Source: Patescibacteria group bacterium (GTDB taxonomy: Bacteria; Patescibacteriota; Microgenomatia; UBA10105; UBA927). From it: a stretch of 64,000 nucleotides of DNA. Positions within the stretch are counted from its first letter, which is position 1; each line of letters begins with the position of its first letter. Under the pieces are notes generated by a model. That model had not been told where the DNA came from and made no database searches. It saw only the letters and a list, made by a program, of their open reading frames with translations. A program made the position numbers and the translations under genes. The stretch covers positions 12,530 through 76,529 of the forward strand of contig JBBTUH010000002.1 of the NCBI GenBank assembly GCA_038063875.1, in the 5' to 3' direction. This document shows, in pieces, positions 49,892-59,407 of the stretch.

Positions 49892-50923
49892 TCAAATCAC
49901 AAACAGACGTTTAAACAATTTTTTCCCGTGAAACTCTATCTCTGAATACCCATACGCAATAACCATCAAAAAACACATAATCGGATGAAGAAACCATGCC
50001 ACATCCCGACGCTTTACATATCCTCGAATACTAAAGATAATCGGCTCAACAAACGTCAAAGAATAAATGACATATTTGAATAAATTCCATCGATCACGCG
50101 AAGACGTCCAATCCATGACATGATACGTCCGCTCTGCTGATTTTTCATCAGTAAAAAGCTGCTTTATGGCCACACGTCTTTTAATATGTAACAAAATATT
50201 GTTGCCCATCACATGAATGATGCTATTGTGTATCACTGCGACTGTATTATGACCACGCTGAACTATATCTTGAAATGCATCAACGTGAATATATGATCTC
50301 TGTTTTTTTATGGCTTCATTAAGAATGGAACGGTTAATAAGAAATCCGTTATCTCCCAACGTAGGCGTATTGTCTGAATTGAAACGAACAACTGAGTATC
50401 GTGCAGATTTACGTATTACGTATCCTTTCGTATACAAATCATTGACGATTGGTTCCTTATCAGATTTTTGTAGATAATACAACGTAGGATCTGGTGATCC
50501 TATCAGAGCAGTATATTTTGTTAAAAATGACATGTCGTCACGATAATCATTATGCATCGGGTAACTGCAAAAGATATCCTCCTTTATCATGGGTTCTACC
50601 AAACACGCCAACCAATTCTCACCGACGGGTATATTGTCAGATTCTAAAATAAGCACCAAATCACCTTTAGCTTTTTTCAATCCCAAAGAAAATCTGTACT
50701 GCTCCTTATCTCTTAAATCAGGACGAACTATCACTGTACACCCATATTTCCTTGCAAGGCTAGCGATTGCATTTGTCGAGCCCCCATCCATAATGATATG
50801 TTCGATGATATATTTTGAATATGTTTGAGATTTAAGTGAATCTAATACATTGCTGAATATTGCCAAATCACTATTATATGTGCCTGTCACAATGGACACA
50901 GTCGGATTAACAATCATATTCAC
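49892..50923 (-). CDS. glycosyltransferase family 2 with C-terminal membrane anchor
   Basis: VSIVTGTYNSDL...IIMDGGSTN and a hydrophobic C-terminus. Confidence 0.75.
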   Translation of the reverse strand: MNMIVNPTVSIVTGTYNSDLAIFSNVLDSLKSQTYSKYIIEHIIMDGGSTNAIASLARKYGCTVIVRPDLRDKEQYRFSLGLKKAKGDLVLILESDNIPVGENWLACLVEPMIKEDIFCSYPMHNDYRDDMSFLTKYTALIGSPDPTLYYLQKSDKEPIVNDLYTKGYVIRKSARYSVVRFNSDNTPTLGDNGFLINRSILNEAIKKQRSYIHVDAFQDIVQRGHNTVAVIHNSIIHVMGNNILLHIKRRVAIKQLFTDEKSAERTYHVMDWTSSRDRWNLFKYVIYSLTFVEPIIFSIRGYVKRRDVAWFLHPIMCFLMVIAYGYSEIEFHGKKLFKRLFVI

Positions 50924-50937
50924 AAAAAATGAAGAAA

Positions 50938-51837
50938 CTATTTTATACGCGCTGCGTGTATCATTTTCAACGAATTTTCATTCTTTATAATAGATTTTGT
51001 ATTATTAACGTTCACGATAAAATTATTTAATTCCAATAGCGTAAGGATTCTCTTCAACGAATTCTTTTTCTTATTCATTCCTGGATGATATTCTATGACA
51101 AACTCTCCAACACGATCTAAATAGTTCCTTGATTCCGCTAGAACCTCCCCTTCCATTCCTTCAACATCTAGCTTCACCACATCCGTCATTTTTCCGCGAA
51201 GAAGCCGAGACAAACGGACCGACTCGACCTGCAAAATGGACATATCCTGCCGGCCCTGAACGAAATCGGAAGCTCCCGTATCCGAAACAGACCATCCGTC
51301 ATTGGATTGAAATGTATAGAACGGATGGCGTTTCTCCAATGAATCGGTAACAAACGCCACTCTGATTTCAATATCACGGAGACCATTTTGCTTGATATTC
51401 CGCTTCAATAATTTTACCGTATGGCTATTTGCTTCAATCGCAACGATCAATGCATCCGGACACACATGCTTAAAATACAGTACGGACATACCCCAACTGC
51501 TGCCACAATCAATAATTGTCATGCGGTTTTTCTTTTTATTCAATTTATACTCCTGAATGCCGAATATTTCGATAAAAAGGAGCGTAAATTCTAGATAATT
51601 AGGAAATTCCATTGTATAGCCAAAAAATGATTCACGCGTTACATGTATCCAGAATAATTTTATATATACTGCTTTCAAAAAAAATTTAGTCTCCAACGCG
51701 AGGATGTGTAACCGTCGAAACAGGCCTAATTCTGTATTAAGAAGTATTGGCAACACACTTTTCAGTAGTGCTTGAAACGTAAAATAATAGAAATACAATC
51801 TAATAAAATATTGAGAATCTGTAATTTTTTTCATCAT
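50938..51837 (-). CDS. FkbM-family methyltransferase (Methyltransf_21) with N-terminal hydrophobic segment
   Basis: IIDCGSSWGMSVLYF...AIEAN...VKLDVEGMEGEVL matches the FkbM domain. The internal Met at 51837 removes a 77-bp overlap with the upstream gene. Confidence 0.7.
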   Translation of the reverse strand: MMKKITDSQYFIRLYFYYFTFQALLKSVLPILLNTELGLFRRLHILALETKFFLKAVYIKLFWIHVTRESFFGYTMEFPNYLEFTLLFIEIFGIQEYKLNKKKNRMTIIDCGSSWGMSVLYFKHVCPDALIVAIEANSHTVKLLKRNIKQNGLRDIEIRVAFVTDSLEKRHPFYTFQSNDGWSVSDTGASDFVQGRQDMSILQVESVRLSRLLRGKMTDVVKLDVEGMEGEVLAESRNYLDRVGEFVIEYHPGMNKKKNSLKRILTLLELNNFIVNVNNTKSIIKNENSLKMIHAARIK

Positions 51838-51841
51838 AGTA

Positions 51842-52723
51842 TTAAATGAATAATTCCCTCTGCAATAACGTTTTTTTATTCTTATACCAATCGTAGAGCC
51901 GAGACAGTGCTGTGTCAAAATCTGTATATTGAACGCTAGACAATTCTTTGCGTAGCCTGTCTGTGGCGCATGTATACTCTAAATTCAGCCCCTTCTTTTC
52001 AAGGAGTATAGGTATATTCTTTTTTGTAATTATAACAATACGCTGGGCTATTGTAACCAGATCAATCGGTATGCCGGTCCCGATGTTATATGTTCGATAT
52101 TGTTGATCATGTTCTACAAAATACTGAAGGATACGAATAAAATCATCAACATAAATATAATCAAATTTAACATTTTGTTTTATTACAATTGGTAAATCAA
52201 ACAACACGCGACAAAGGCTCTGGGAAATAAATCGAAACGCATATTCTTCATGTTTTCCATATATACCAAAAATACTAAGATTAAGCATGTTTAGCGGTGT
52301 CTCTTCTATAAATTTTGCACACACATACTTATACAATCCGAATTCATCAGTTGGTATACGCGTATCCAATGCTTCTTCACGCACACGTATAAGTGACGAC
52401 TGCTTTCCATATTGTGCACCTGAACCTAAGTAAATAAATTTTTTGAAATATCTATGATTATGTACAAGATTAAAAAAAATACGAAGATTATACGACATGA
52501 CATTAGAAACATTCTTTTCAGCTCTATTTCCACCGACATTTGCCGTGTGCACAACGACATCCACTGGATTCTGCTTTAAAAAAGCTTCCACACTGTCAAC
52601 GTTTCCAAGATCTAACTGTTTATGCGTGGGTGCTATAATGGCGTACTTTTCACCGAGCTGTTCTAGAATATTTCTTCCAATAAAGCCGCTGCCCCCCGTG
52701 AGAAAAATAGTATGTTTCCTCAT
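51842..52723 (-). CDS. NAD(P)-dependent epimerase/dehydratase-fold reductase (candidate CDP-4-keto-3,6-dideoxyhexose reductase, RfbJ/RfbS-like)
   Basis: IFLTGGSGFIGRNI Rossmann motif and a YKYVCAKFIEE YxxxK motif. 293 aa, which is the size of abequose/paratose synthases. Context beside rfbH. Confidence 0.55.
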   Translation of the reverse strand: MRKHTIFLTGGSGFIGRNILEQLGEKYAIIAPTHKQLDLGNVDSVEAFLKQNPVDVVVHTANVGGNRAEKNVSNVMSYNLRIFFNLVHNHRYFKKFIYLGSGAQYGKQSSLIRVREEALDTRIPTDEFGLYKYVCAKFIEETPLNMLNLSIFGIYGKHEEYAFRFISQSLCRVLFDLPIVIKQNVKFDYIYVDDFIRILQYFVEHDQQYRTYNIGTGIPIDLVTIAQRIVIITKKNIPILLEKKGLNLEYTCATDRLRKELSSVQYTDFDTALSRLYDWYKNKKTLLQRELFI

Positions 52724-52726
52724 ATG

Positions 52727-53725
52727 TCAAATCACTCTATTAATTGGATTTCCTTCTAAAAAGGCCATAATATTCTCACAAGAAATTCGCAGAATAGTAT
52801 CCAATGCCTCTTTAGTATGATAGGCATTATGTGGTGTTATCATCACTCGTTTATCTACCATAAATTTATAATTAAGAGAGGTTATATCCAATGGGCCGCG
52901 CTTAGAACCACTATTATATTCCTTTAAACCTTGTTCATTTTCCAAAACATCGAGTCCAGCACCATAAAGAATTTCATGTTGCAAAGCCCAATGAATAGCT
53001 TGTGTCTCTATGATCTCACCGCGTGATGTATTAAGCAAAATACTTCCCTTCTTAAGGAAAGAAATATTGCCCATGTTTAACATATGGTGTGTTTCATCAG
53101 TAAGAGGTACATGAATCGTCACAATGTCGCTCTCTTTAAGCAATGTAGACAGATTAATAAATTTAACACCATGCATTTTTGCGCGTTTAGAACTCGGATG
53201 TTTGCTATTTACCAAGACACGCATACCAAAGCCTTTTGCAATCTCTGCTACCCGAACCCCAATATTTCCAAGGCCCACTATCCCGATCGTCTTGCCAAAA
53301 ATGTCAAATCCCTGTGGGCCAACAAGATACTGTCCTGTACGTGATACCTGAACACATGAGGCAATGTTGTGGGTGAGCGATAAAAGTAAACCAAACGTAT
53401 GCTCTGCTACCGCATTGGTAGCATATGAGGGAACGTTCGAGACAACAATTCCTCTCTGCTTACAGTAATCTATGTCAATATTATCAAAACCCGTTGATCG
53501 GGTCGCTATATACTTCAATTTTGGAAGACAGCTTAAAATATCTGCTGTGACCTGAGAAAAACTTCGTATATAGAGAATGTCTGTTTCTTTGATTGTTGCC
53601 GCGTTCTGTATCGTCAATGACTGCCTGTGAAATACAAACGTGTGTTCTGCTGGTAATGATGCAAATTTGATCCGTTCGTCTTCTGTAATATCAAAGAAAG
53701 AAATAATCATAAAACTCCAAAACAA
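52727..53725 (-). CDS. D-isomer-specific 2-hydroxyacid dehydrogenase (NAD-binding)
   Basis: GKTIGIVGLGNIGVRVAEIAKGFGMRVL Rossmann motif, and a catalytic-domain pattern with conserved R and H (SRGEII...MITPHNAY). Confidence 0.8.
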   Translation of the reverse strand: MFWSFMIISFFDITEDERIKFASLPAEHTFVFHRQSLTIQNAATIKETDILYIRSFSQVTADILSCLPKLKYIATRSTGFDNIDIDYCKQRGIVVSNVPSYATNAVAEHTFGLLLSLTHNIASCVQVSRTGQYLVGPQGFDIFGKTIGIVGLGNIGVRVAEIAKGFGMRVLVNSKHPSSKRAKMHGVKFINLSTLLKESDIVTIHVPLTDETHHMLNMGNISFLKKGSILLNTSRGEIIETQAIHWALQHEILYGAGLDVLENEQGLKEYNSGSKRGPLDITSLNYKFMVDKRVMITPHNAYHTKEALDTILRISCENIMAFLEGNPINRVI

Positions 53726-53726
53726 A

Positions 53727-55541
53727 TTAGGGCTCTTTTATTGGATCAATTATCATATTTTTATTAAACTCTTTTCGGGATAAAAATGGCCACATATCTT
53801 CCATGGGCTTAGAGATGAGCTTACCATCTGCACGCACATATGAAGAAACTTTAGGAAGAAGCTGTTGCATCGGATCCATCATGATCTCAAGAAGATATGG
53901 ACCCGTTGTTTCAAGAGCACGTTGAATTGCTTTCTTTAACCCATTATGCCCATGTATTCTACTCGACTGAATGCCGTATGCTTTTGCTATTTTTTGCATG
54001 TTAGGAAAACTAATGCCACTTTTAGGACCTTCTCCTACAAGATGATTAAAAAAGTTAATTTGCGTATTACGAATGGCAACATACCCATCGTTATTGATAA
54101 GAAAAATCTTTATTGGCAATTTATGATAAACAATCGTCTGCAATTCTTGAATATTTAATTGAATACTCCCGTCTCCAGCAATACAAACAACTCTCTTTTT
54201 TCCGTTTGCAATAGATGCGCCAATTGCAGCTGATATGTCATAACCCATAGGTGCAGAACCAATGTTGCCGATGAGGCGTTGACTCTTTTTTAATCGAATA
54301 CTCTGATACGTACAAGTAAATGCTGTACCATCCGCAACTACGATTACCTCATCCTCCTTCATACAGTCGGAAAGTACATCTATAAAGTGATAGGAATTAA
54401 TGTATTTCTTCTGATCTCGCATTTCTGGGAGTACTGGAAGATATGTGTTCCTGATTCTTTTACAATATGCAAACCATTCTGGCCAATCGGAAAATACAAC
54501 TTTTTTTGTTTGCCGATCCATTTCTTCTATAAACACTTTAGCGTCGCAACAGATGGGAACATCTGGATGTACTGTTTTCTTTTTAAGTTCTTCTTTATCA
54601 ATATCCACCATGACATGTGTGGCACCACGAGCAAATGTGTCATAAGCATATGATATGGTCCACGTCGAAAGCCGTGTGCCAATGCTAATAAGGAGATCAC
54701 AATTTTGGACAATAAAATTTCCAACCCGCTCACCAAATAATGCAGGTCGACCAAAGAAAAGCGGATGATCTGATGAAATAATATCATGAGCAGTTACCGC
54801 GGTAAGTATTGGTACATTAAGCCGATCAGCAAGATGTAAGAATTCCTGTACTGCACCTGCCAGTCGGATGCCGTTACCTGCAAGAATCACTGGTCTTTTC
54901 GCGCGTTTAAGCAAAGCCACAGTTTTTGCTATATCTTTTTTCACCTTGTCGTTACTGTCTACATTAAGCTCAATTTCATTTGGATGAAACGCAGGAAGGG
55001 TATCTACATCAATCTGTGCTGCCTGAATATCCAATGGAACATCGATCCAACATGGTCCAGGTCTTCCATGCGTTGCTAAATATAATGCTTTCTCGAGATG
55101 ATACCGTATCTGCCTTGGATCAGTAATCATAACAGCATATTTAGTAATATTTTTCACCACATCTACTATAGGAAGTTCCTGAAGTCCGATTTGCCGCACT
55201 TTGGTATTACCTATCGTCATCTCCAATTTTGACTGACCGGAAATATACAATCCTGGAATAGAATCTAACCACATACCAATAAGACCCGTAATTGCATTGG
55301 TGCCGCCTGGACCAGTCGTCACCTGAACCGGAGCAATCTTTCCTGTAAGTCGTGTATACCCCTCTGCCGCAAACGCACAAGCCTGTTCATGATGACAACA
55401 CCAATAACGTAGACGCGAATTACTACCAAATGATTCATTAAGATGCATCGCCCCTCCACCAGTAACCATAAACGCGTCACGAATGCCGTTATTTACAAGA
55501 AATGAGACGATATAATCTGAAAGTTTAACGATTTTTGTCAT
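53727..55541 (-). CDS. thiamine-pyrophosphate-dependent enzyme, acetolactate synthase large-subunit-like (candidate YerE-type NDP-sugar C-branching enzyme)
   Basis: N-terminal TPP_enzyme_N (TGPGGTNAITGL), a central domain and a C-terminal GDGS...NNDGY TPP-binding motif. 604 aa. Confidence 0.75.
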   Translation of the reverse strand: MTKIVKLSDYIVSFLVNNGIRDAFMVTGGGAMHLNESFGSNSRLRYWCCHHEQACAFAAEGYTRLTGKIAPVQVTTGPGGTNAITGLIGMWLDSIPGLYISGQSKLEMTIGNTKVRQIGLQELPIVDVVKNITKYAVMITDPRQIRYHLEKALYLATHGRPGPCWIDVPLDIQAAQIDVDTLPAFHPNEIELNVDSNDKVKKDIAKTVALLKRAKRPVILAGNGIRLAGAVQEFLHLADRLNVPILTAVTAHDIISSDHPLFFGRPALFGERVGNFIVQNCDLLISIGTRLSTWTISYAYDTFARGATHVMVDIDKEELKKKTVHPDVPICCDAKVFIEEMDRQTKKVVFSDWPEWFAYCKRIRNTYLPVLPEMRDQKKYINSYHFIDVLSDCMKEDEVIVVADGTAFTCTYQSIRLKKSQRLIGNIGSAPMGYDISAAIGASIANGKKRVVCIAGDGSIQLNIQELQTIVYHKLPIKIFLINNDGYVAIRNTQINFFNHLVGEGPKSGISFPNMQKIAKAYGIQSSRIHGHNGLKKAIQRALETTGPYLLEIMMDPMQQLLPKVSSYVRADGKLISKPMEDMWPFLSRKEFNKNMIIDPIKEP

Positions 55542-56295
55542 AAGATAAGGTGAGATAGAGTATATCAGAGAAGCTTTCTAGACGCTGCATGCTACGCAAA
55601 GAAGAAACTGAGACCACTTCACCAGCAGATAGAATCAACCTGCCATCACCATCATGCAACTTTCCTTTGAGTAAACAGAGAAGCTCTCCTCGCGCTTTAT
55701 TAATACAATCACCAACATCTTTCGTATATGAATGGCTTGCGATAGTAAGTAGTGTATGATCAAGTAATTTTTCCATTTTTTTACCATTGGAATATGTATG
55801 AAAATCTACATAGGTATATGCGTCGAGATTCTTTGACATTTGAGAGACTCCCTCATATCCTTGATCTTCTCTACCATATGCATCTTTTAGCCGTACAAGA
55901 TCTTTTTTATTCGGTGGACTTTCCACTTCTATAACGAGCGCCCCGCCTTTGGAAACTGCACGCGTAGTATGAAATACTCCCTCATCGAAGATTATTCCAT
56001 CTCCCTGCTTTCTGGTTAGCCAGCCCTCAAGGGTACTACACACAACTTCACCTGAAACAACTATTAAGGATGTTTTTTTATTGGGATGACAATGCATCGA
56101 CGTTTTATGATTATTATTTAAATTCAACACCCACGCTGCTACGAAAGGATTTTCATACAATAGATATTCATATCCCCATGGTTTATTAACCACAATACCC
56201 CGATAGTTAAAGTTATCGACATCTGTGGGAATTGAAGTACGAAGTTTGGACAAATTTTCAATATCAAACTTTGACCTATAAAATCGATTGATCAT
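55525..56295 (-). CDS. cupin-fold protein with mannose-6-phosphate-isomerase type II-like domain
   Basis: KPWGYEY...HCHPNKKTSLIVVSGEV...VIEVESPPNKKDLVRLKDAYGRE parallels the PMI-type cupin (RPWG.Y...H.HR.EHW.Vv.G...lIEVQ.G....DIVRfeD.YgR). A second, degenerate cupin-like half follows. Confidence 0.6.
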   Translation of the reverse strand: MINRFYRSKFDIENLSKLRTSIPTDVDNFNYRGIVVNKPWGYEYLLYENPFVAAWVLNLNNNHKTSMHCHPNKKTSLIVVSGEVVCSTLEGWLTRKQGDGIIFDEGVFHTTRAVSKGGALVIEVESPPNKKDLVRLKDAYGREDQGYEGVSQMSKNLDAYTYVDFHTYSNGKKMEKLLDHTLLTIASHSYTKDVGDCINKARGELLCLLKGKLHDGDGRLILSAGEVVSVSSLRSMQRLESFSDILYLTLSYDKNR

Positions 56296-56345
56296 AAAAA
56301 TGGAAAATCATGAATAATAAAACGCTCAACTAGAATGTTACGTCC

Positions 56346-56891
56346 TCATTCTTGTTTCTTACGTAAAGCTTCTACGATTTTATCACACCACGCCTCACTC
56401 GTTTCTGGTCTATCCGCTGTAATAAGATTTCCATCTACCACAACATTTTCAGAAACATATGTAGCTCCTGCATGAACAAGATCGGCTTTCATAGCAGGGT
56501 AACATGTCGCTTTTTTTCCATGAAGAATTTCGGCAGTACAAAGCACCCACGGACCATGACAAATTGCTGCAACTATTTTACCCTGCGCATTCATGTCTTG
56601 AATAAATTGTATAACCTTCTCATTTGAACGCACACGATCTGGACCCTCATATCCTCCTGGAAACAGTACTGCAACATAATCATCTGTCTTTAAGAGCGCG
56701 ATATGCACAGTCGGCTCTAGCTTATAACCTTTTTTTCCTTCAATTGTGACATCTGGTATTCTATAAAGTGTCGCAATATCAGTAGTAATTCCATGCTTTG
56801 GTAAATATTCTAAAGGAACTTTTACTTCCATTTCATCGAATCCATTACCGACAATCATAATGGCTTTCTGTTCTTTACTCATAGGGCACAT
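56346..56891 (-). CDS. DJ-1/PfpI family protein (class I glutamine amidotransferase-like fold)
   Basis: GKIVAAICHGPWVL nucleophile-elbow motif. 181 aa. Confidence 0.8.
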   Translation of the reverse strand: MCPMSKEQKAIMIVGNGFDEMEVKVPLEYLPKHGITTDIATLYRIPDVTIEGKKGYKLEPTVHIALLKTDDYVAVLFPGGYEGPDRVRSNEKVIQFIQDMNAQGKIVAAICHGPWVLCTAEILHGKKATCYPAMKADLVHAGATYVSENVVVDGNLITADRPETSEAWCDKIVEALRKKQE

Positions 56892-56894
56892 CCT

Positions 56895-57680
56895 TTATTC
56901 TTGTAACCAATACATTTGATTTTTATCGACCAAATTTTGTAAATAAAGATAATCTCTATCCGTATCCAGCCATTTCCAAAACCCGCGATGCGGAAACACA
57001 GCAAGTTGTTTTTCATTTATAAGCTTTAAGAAAATTTCGGACTCCAATCGACACTCATTAAATGAAGTAAGATACGAAATAAGCTTGCTGCTTGCCACCA
57101 TATAGCCACCATTTACATAGCGTTGTTGTTTTATATTTGCTTCTTTTTTTGCATCATATGGTGCACGTATAATATTTTTTTCGACACTATATTCTCCATC
57201 ACGGTATGGTGGAATAACACCGGTAAGTGTTAATATTTTATTTGACATCTTATGAGAACGAAGTAACATATTTATATCAATATCTGCAATAGTATCAGAG
57301 TATGTAATAAAAAAATCTTCATCCTGAATATATTCTTTACATCTATGGATACGCGCACCGGAATTAGAATTTTCGCCGGTATCTACAAATGTAATGCGCC
57401 ATTTTTCCTCCTGATGTTTACTCAACAGATCAATTTTTGAAGATCCGAGTGACAATTGCATATCCGTCACATATTGATCATAGTGAAGAAAATAGTCTCG
57501 TATAAGCTCTCCCTTTGCTCCTAATGCAAGAATAAAATCATTGTGTCCTGCGAGAGCAAAACGCTTCATTATGTGCCAAAGCACAGGTCGATGCCCAAGC
57601 CGTACCATACCTTTCGGAATATAGGTTGACTCATCATAAAGTCGTATACCCCTCCCGCCGCATAAAATAATTACTTTCAT
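56895..57680 (-). CDS. glucose-1-phosphate cytidylyltransferase paralog (DdhA/RfbF-like)
   Basis: MKVIILCGGRGIRL...PKGMVRLGHRPVLWHIMK...TYSDTIADID...FWKWLDT is collinear with RfbF and with the neighbouring ddhA. Confidence 0.7.
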   Translation of the reverse strand: MKVIILCGGRGIRLYDESTYIPKGMVRLGHRPVLWHIMKRFALAGHNDFILALGAKGELIRDYFLHYDQYVTDMQLSLGSSKIDLLSKHQEEKWRITFVDTGENSNSGARIHRCKEYIQDEDFFITYSDTIADIDINMLLRSHKMSNKILTLTGVIPPYRDGEYSVEKNIIRAPYDAKKEANIKQQRYVNGGYMVASSKLISYLTSFNECRLESEIFLKLINEKQLAVFPHRGFWKWLDTDRDYLYLQNLVDKNQMYWLQE

Positions 57681-58654
57681 GTGTTATTTAAATACCACAA
57701 ATACACTTTTGCTAGGACTTTTTTCAACGTATACGATGGAGCGTATCCTAATCCTTTCACCTTGTCAAAATTTAATGATTGGTAAGGTATTTCATTTTGC
57801 TGTGTATTAAGAATCGAGTATTGTACTTTTTTCTTCAACATTGTTTCAATCGTATTGATAACTTCAAGAACTGTTAAAGATTCGCCTGATGAAAGATTGT
57901 ATGCTTCTCCTTTAGACTTATCAATACAATCAAGAAGAACTCGATATCCGACTACTACATCCTTTACATATACGTAATCACGAACAAACATACCATCACT
58001 TCTTATATCTAATCTAGTATGAGTAATAATTGCATTAAGTACGCTCGGAATAATCCTATTAAAGTTTAAATCCCCTTCTCCGTATATATTGCCAAATCGA
58101 GTTACTACAATGGGCATATTATAAGTCTTAGCGTACGCAAGAGAAATTAAATCTGCAGAAGATTTTGAAACCTCATATGGATGATCGCCACGAAGGGGAT
58201 CAGACTCAACATACTTTTTTGTTGACTTGCCATACGCTTTGTCAGACGAAGCGACTATTATACCCTTAACGCTTCCATAGAGTCGCGCCGCTTCAAGTAT
58301 ATTCGTGGTGCCCAAAACGTTTGTAGTGATGGTTTCCCTAGGATTATTATACGCCGTAGTGACAATCGCCTGTGCCCCTAAATGAAAAATATAATCTATT
58401 TCATATTTGGTTACGATGTCAAACATTCGAGAAAAGTCTTTGAGATCACCTGAAACAAGAGTTACTTTCTTTGCAAGTTTTTGTGTGGCAAAATATGAAC
58501 CTGGATCAAGACTTCGAAAAGGCACGATTACACGAGATCCTTCAGAGATAAGGGATTCTACTAAATGGCTTCCAACAAATCCTGTGCCACCTGTAACCAA
58601 AATTTTTTTGCCTTTTAATTTTCCCATAGCTTCCATGGTTGGGTATCTTGCCAA
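57677..58654 (-). CDS. NDP-sugar 4,6-dehydratase (extended SDR; CDP-glucose 4,6-dehydratase by context)
   Basis: ILVTGGTGFVGSHL, YEVSKSSADL YxxxK and ASSDKAYG motifs. Flanked by two G1P cytidylyltransferases. Confidence 0.6.
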   Translation of the reverse strand: MARYPTMEAMGKLKGKKILVTGGTGFVGSHLVESLISEGSRVIVPFRSLDPGSYFATQKLAKKVTLVSGDLKDFSRMFDIVTKYEIDYIFHLGAQAIVTTAYNNPRETITTNVLGTTNILEAARLYGSVKGIIVASSDKAYGKSTKKYVESDPLRGDHPYEVSKSSADLISLAYAKTYNMPIVVTRFGNIYGEGDLNFNRIIPSVLNAIITHTRLDIRSDGMFVRDYVYVKDVVVGYRVLLDCIDKSKGEAYNLSSGESLTVLEVINTIETMLKKKVQYSILNTQQNEIPYQSLNFDKVKGLGYAPSYTLKKVLAKVYLWYLNNT

Positions 58655-59397
58655 TATGCATTCAAATGCTCTACATCAGCATATGTGTCCATGCAGTGCC
58701 AAAATCCTTCATGTTGATACATCGATAGCTGTTGTTGTTTTGCTAAGCGTTGAAGCGCTGGGTGCTCAGTTTCACCTTCCCGCAAATTATCAAAAAACTT
58801 TCTGTTAAAAATCATAAAGCCACCGTTAATCCAGTCCTTGAGTACCGGCTTTTCCTTAAACTGAAATACCGCCCGTTTAGCTCCAAGCTGTATGAGTCCA
58901 TATTTACTTCTTGGATGAACACCACTAATCGTACCAATTGTCTTCATTTTTTTGTGAAATGCGATTAGTTTAGAGATATTTATATCTCCCACGCCATCAC
59001 CATATGTAACCATAAAATCTTCATCAGCAGGAATGTAATCCTTACATCGCAGAATTCTCTCTCCGGGTAATGTTTCCTGACCAGTATCAACGAAGGTAAT
59101 TTTAAAATCATCAATTAACTTTCCGTCCGTCTTATCCCTATGAATCTTCGTTGCTCCAGTTTTTGTGTGAAGTGTAAAGTCATGCAAAAAATATTTTTGA
59201 TTTAAGAAATAATCTTTTATATAATCGCCCTTATAACCTAATGCAATAATAAATTCGTTAAATCCATAGTGGGCATAAATTTTCATGATATGCCACAAAA
59301 TAGGCTTTCCACCGATAAGCACCATTGGCTTTGGTTTAAACTCCGTTTCTTCCTTTAATCTGTATCCTAATCCACCAGATAAAATAATAGTCTTCAT
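58615..59397 (-). CDS. rfbF: glucose-1-phosphate cytidylyltransferase
   Basis: MKTIILSGGLGYRL...KPKPMVLIGGKPILWHIMKIY...VTYGDGVGDINI...INGGFMIFN...EGFWHCMDT matches Salmonella RfbF/DdhA almost residue-for-residue. Confidence 0.85.
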   Translation of the reverse strand: MKTIILSGGLGYRLKEETEFKPKPMVLIGGKPILWHIMKIYAHYGFNEFIIALGYKGDYIKDYFLNQKYFLHDFTLHTKTGATKIHRDKTDGKLIDDFKITFVDTGQETLPGERILRCKDYIPADEDFMVTYGDGVGDINISKLIAFHKKMKTIGTISGVHPRSKYGLIQLGAKRAVFQFKEKPVLKDWINGGFMIFNRKFFDNLREGETEHPALQRLAKQQQLSMYQHEGFWHCMDTYADVEHLNAYWQDTQPWKLWEN

Positions 59398-59407
59398 AAT
59401 ACAGTCA

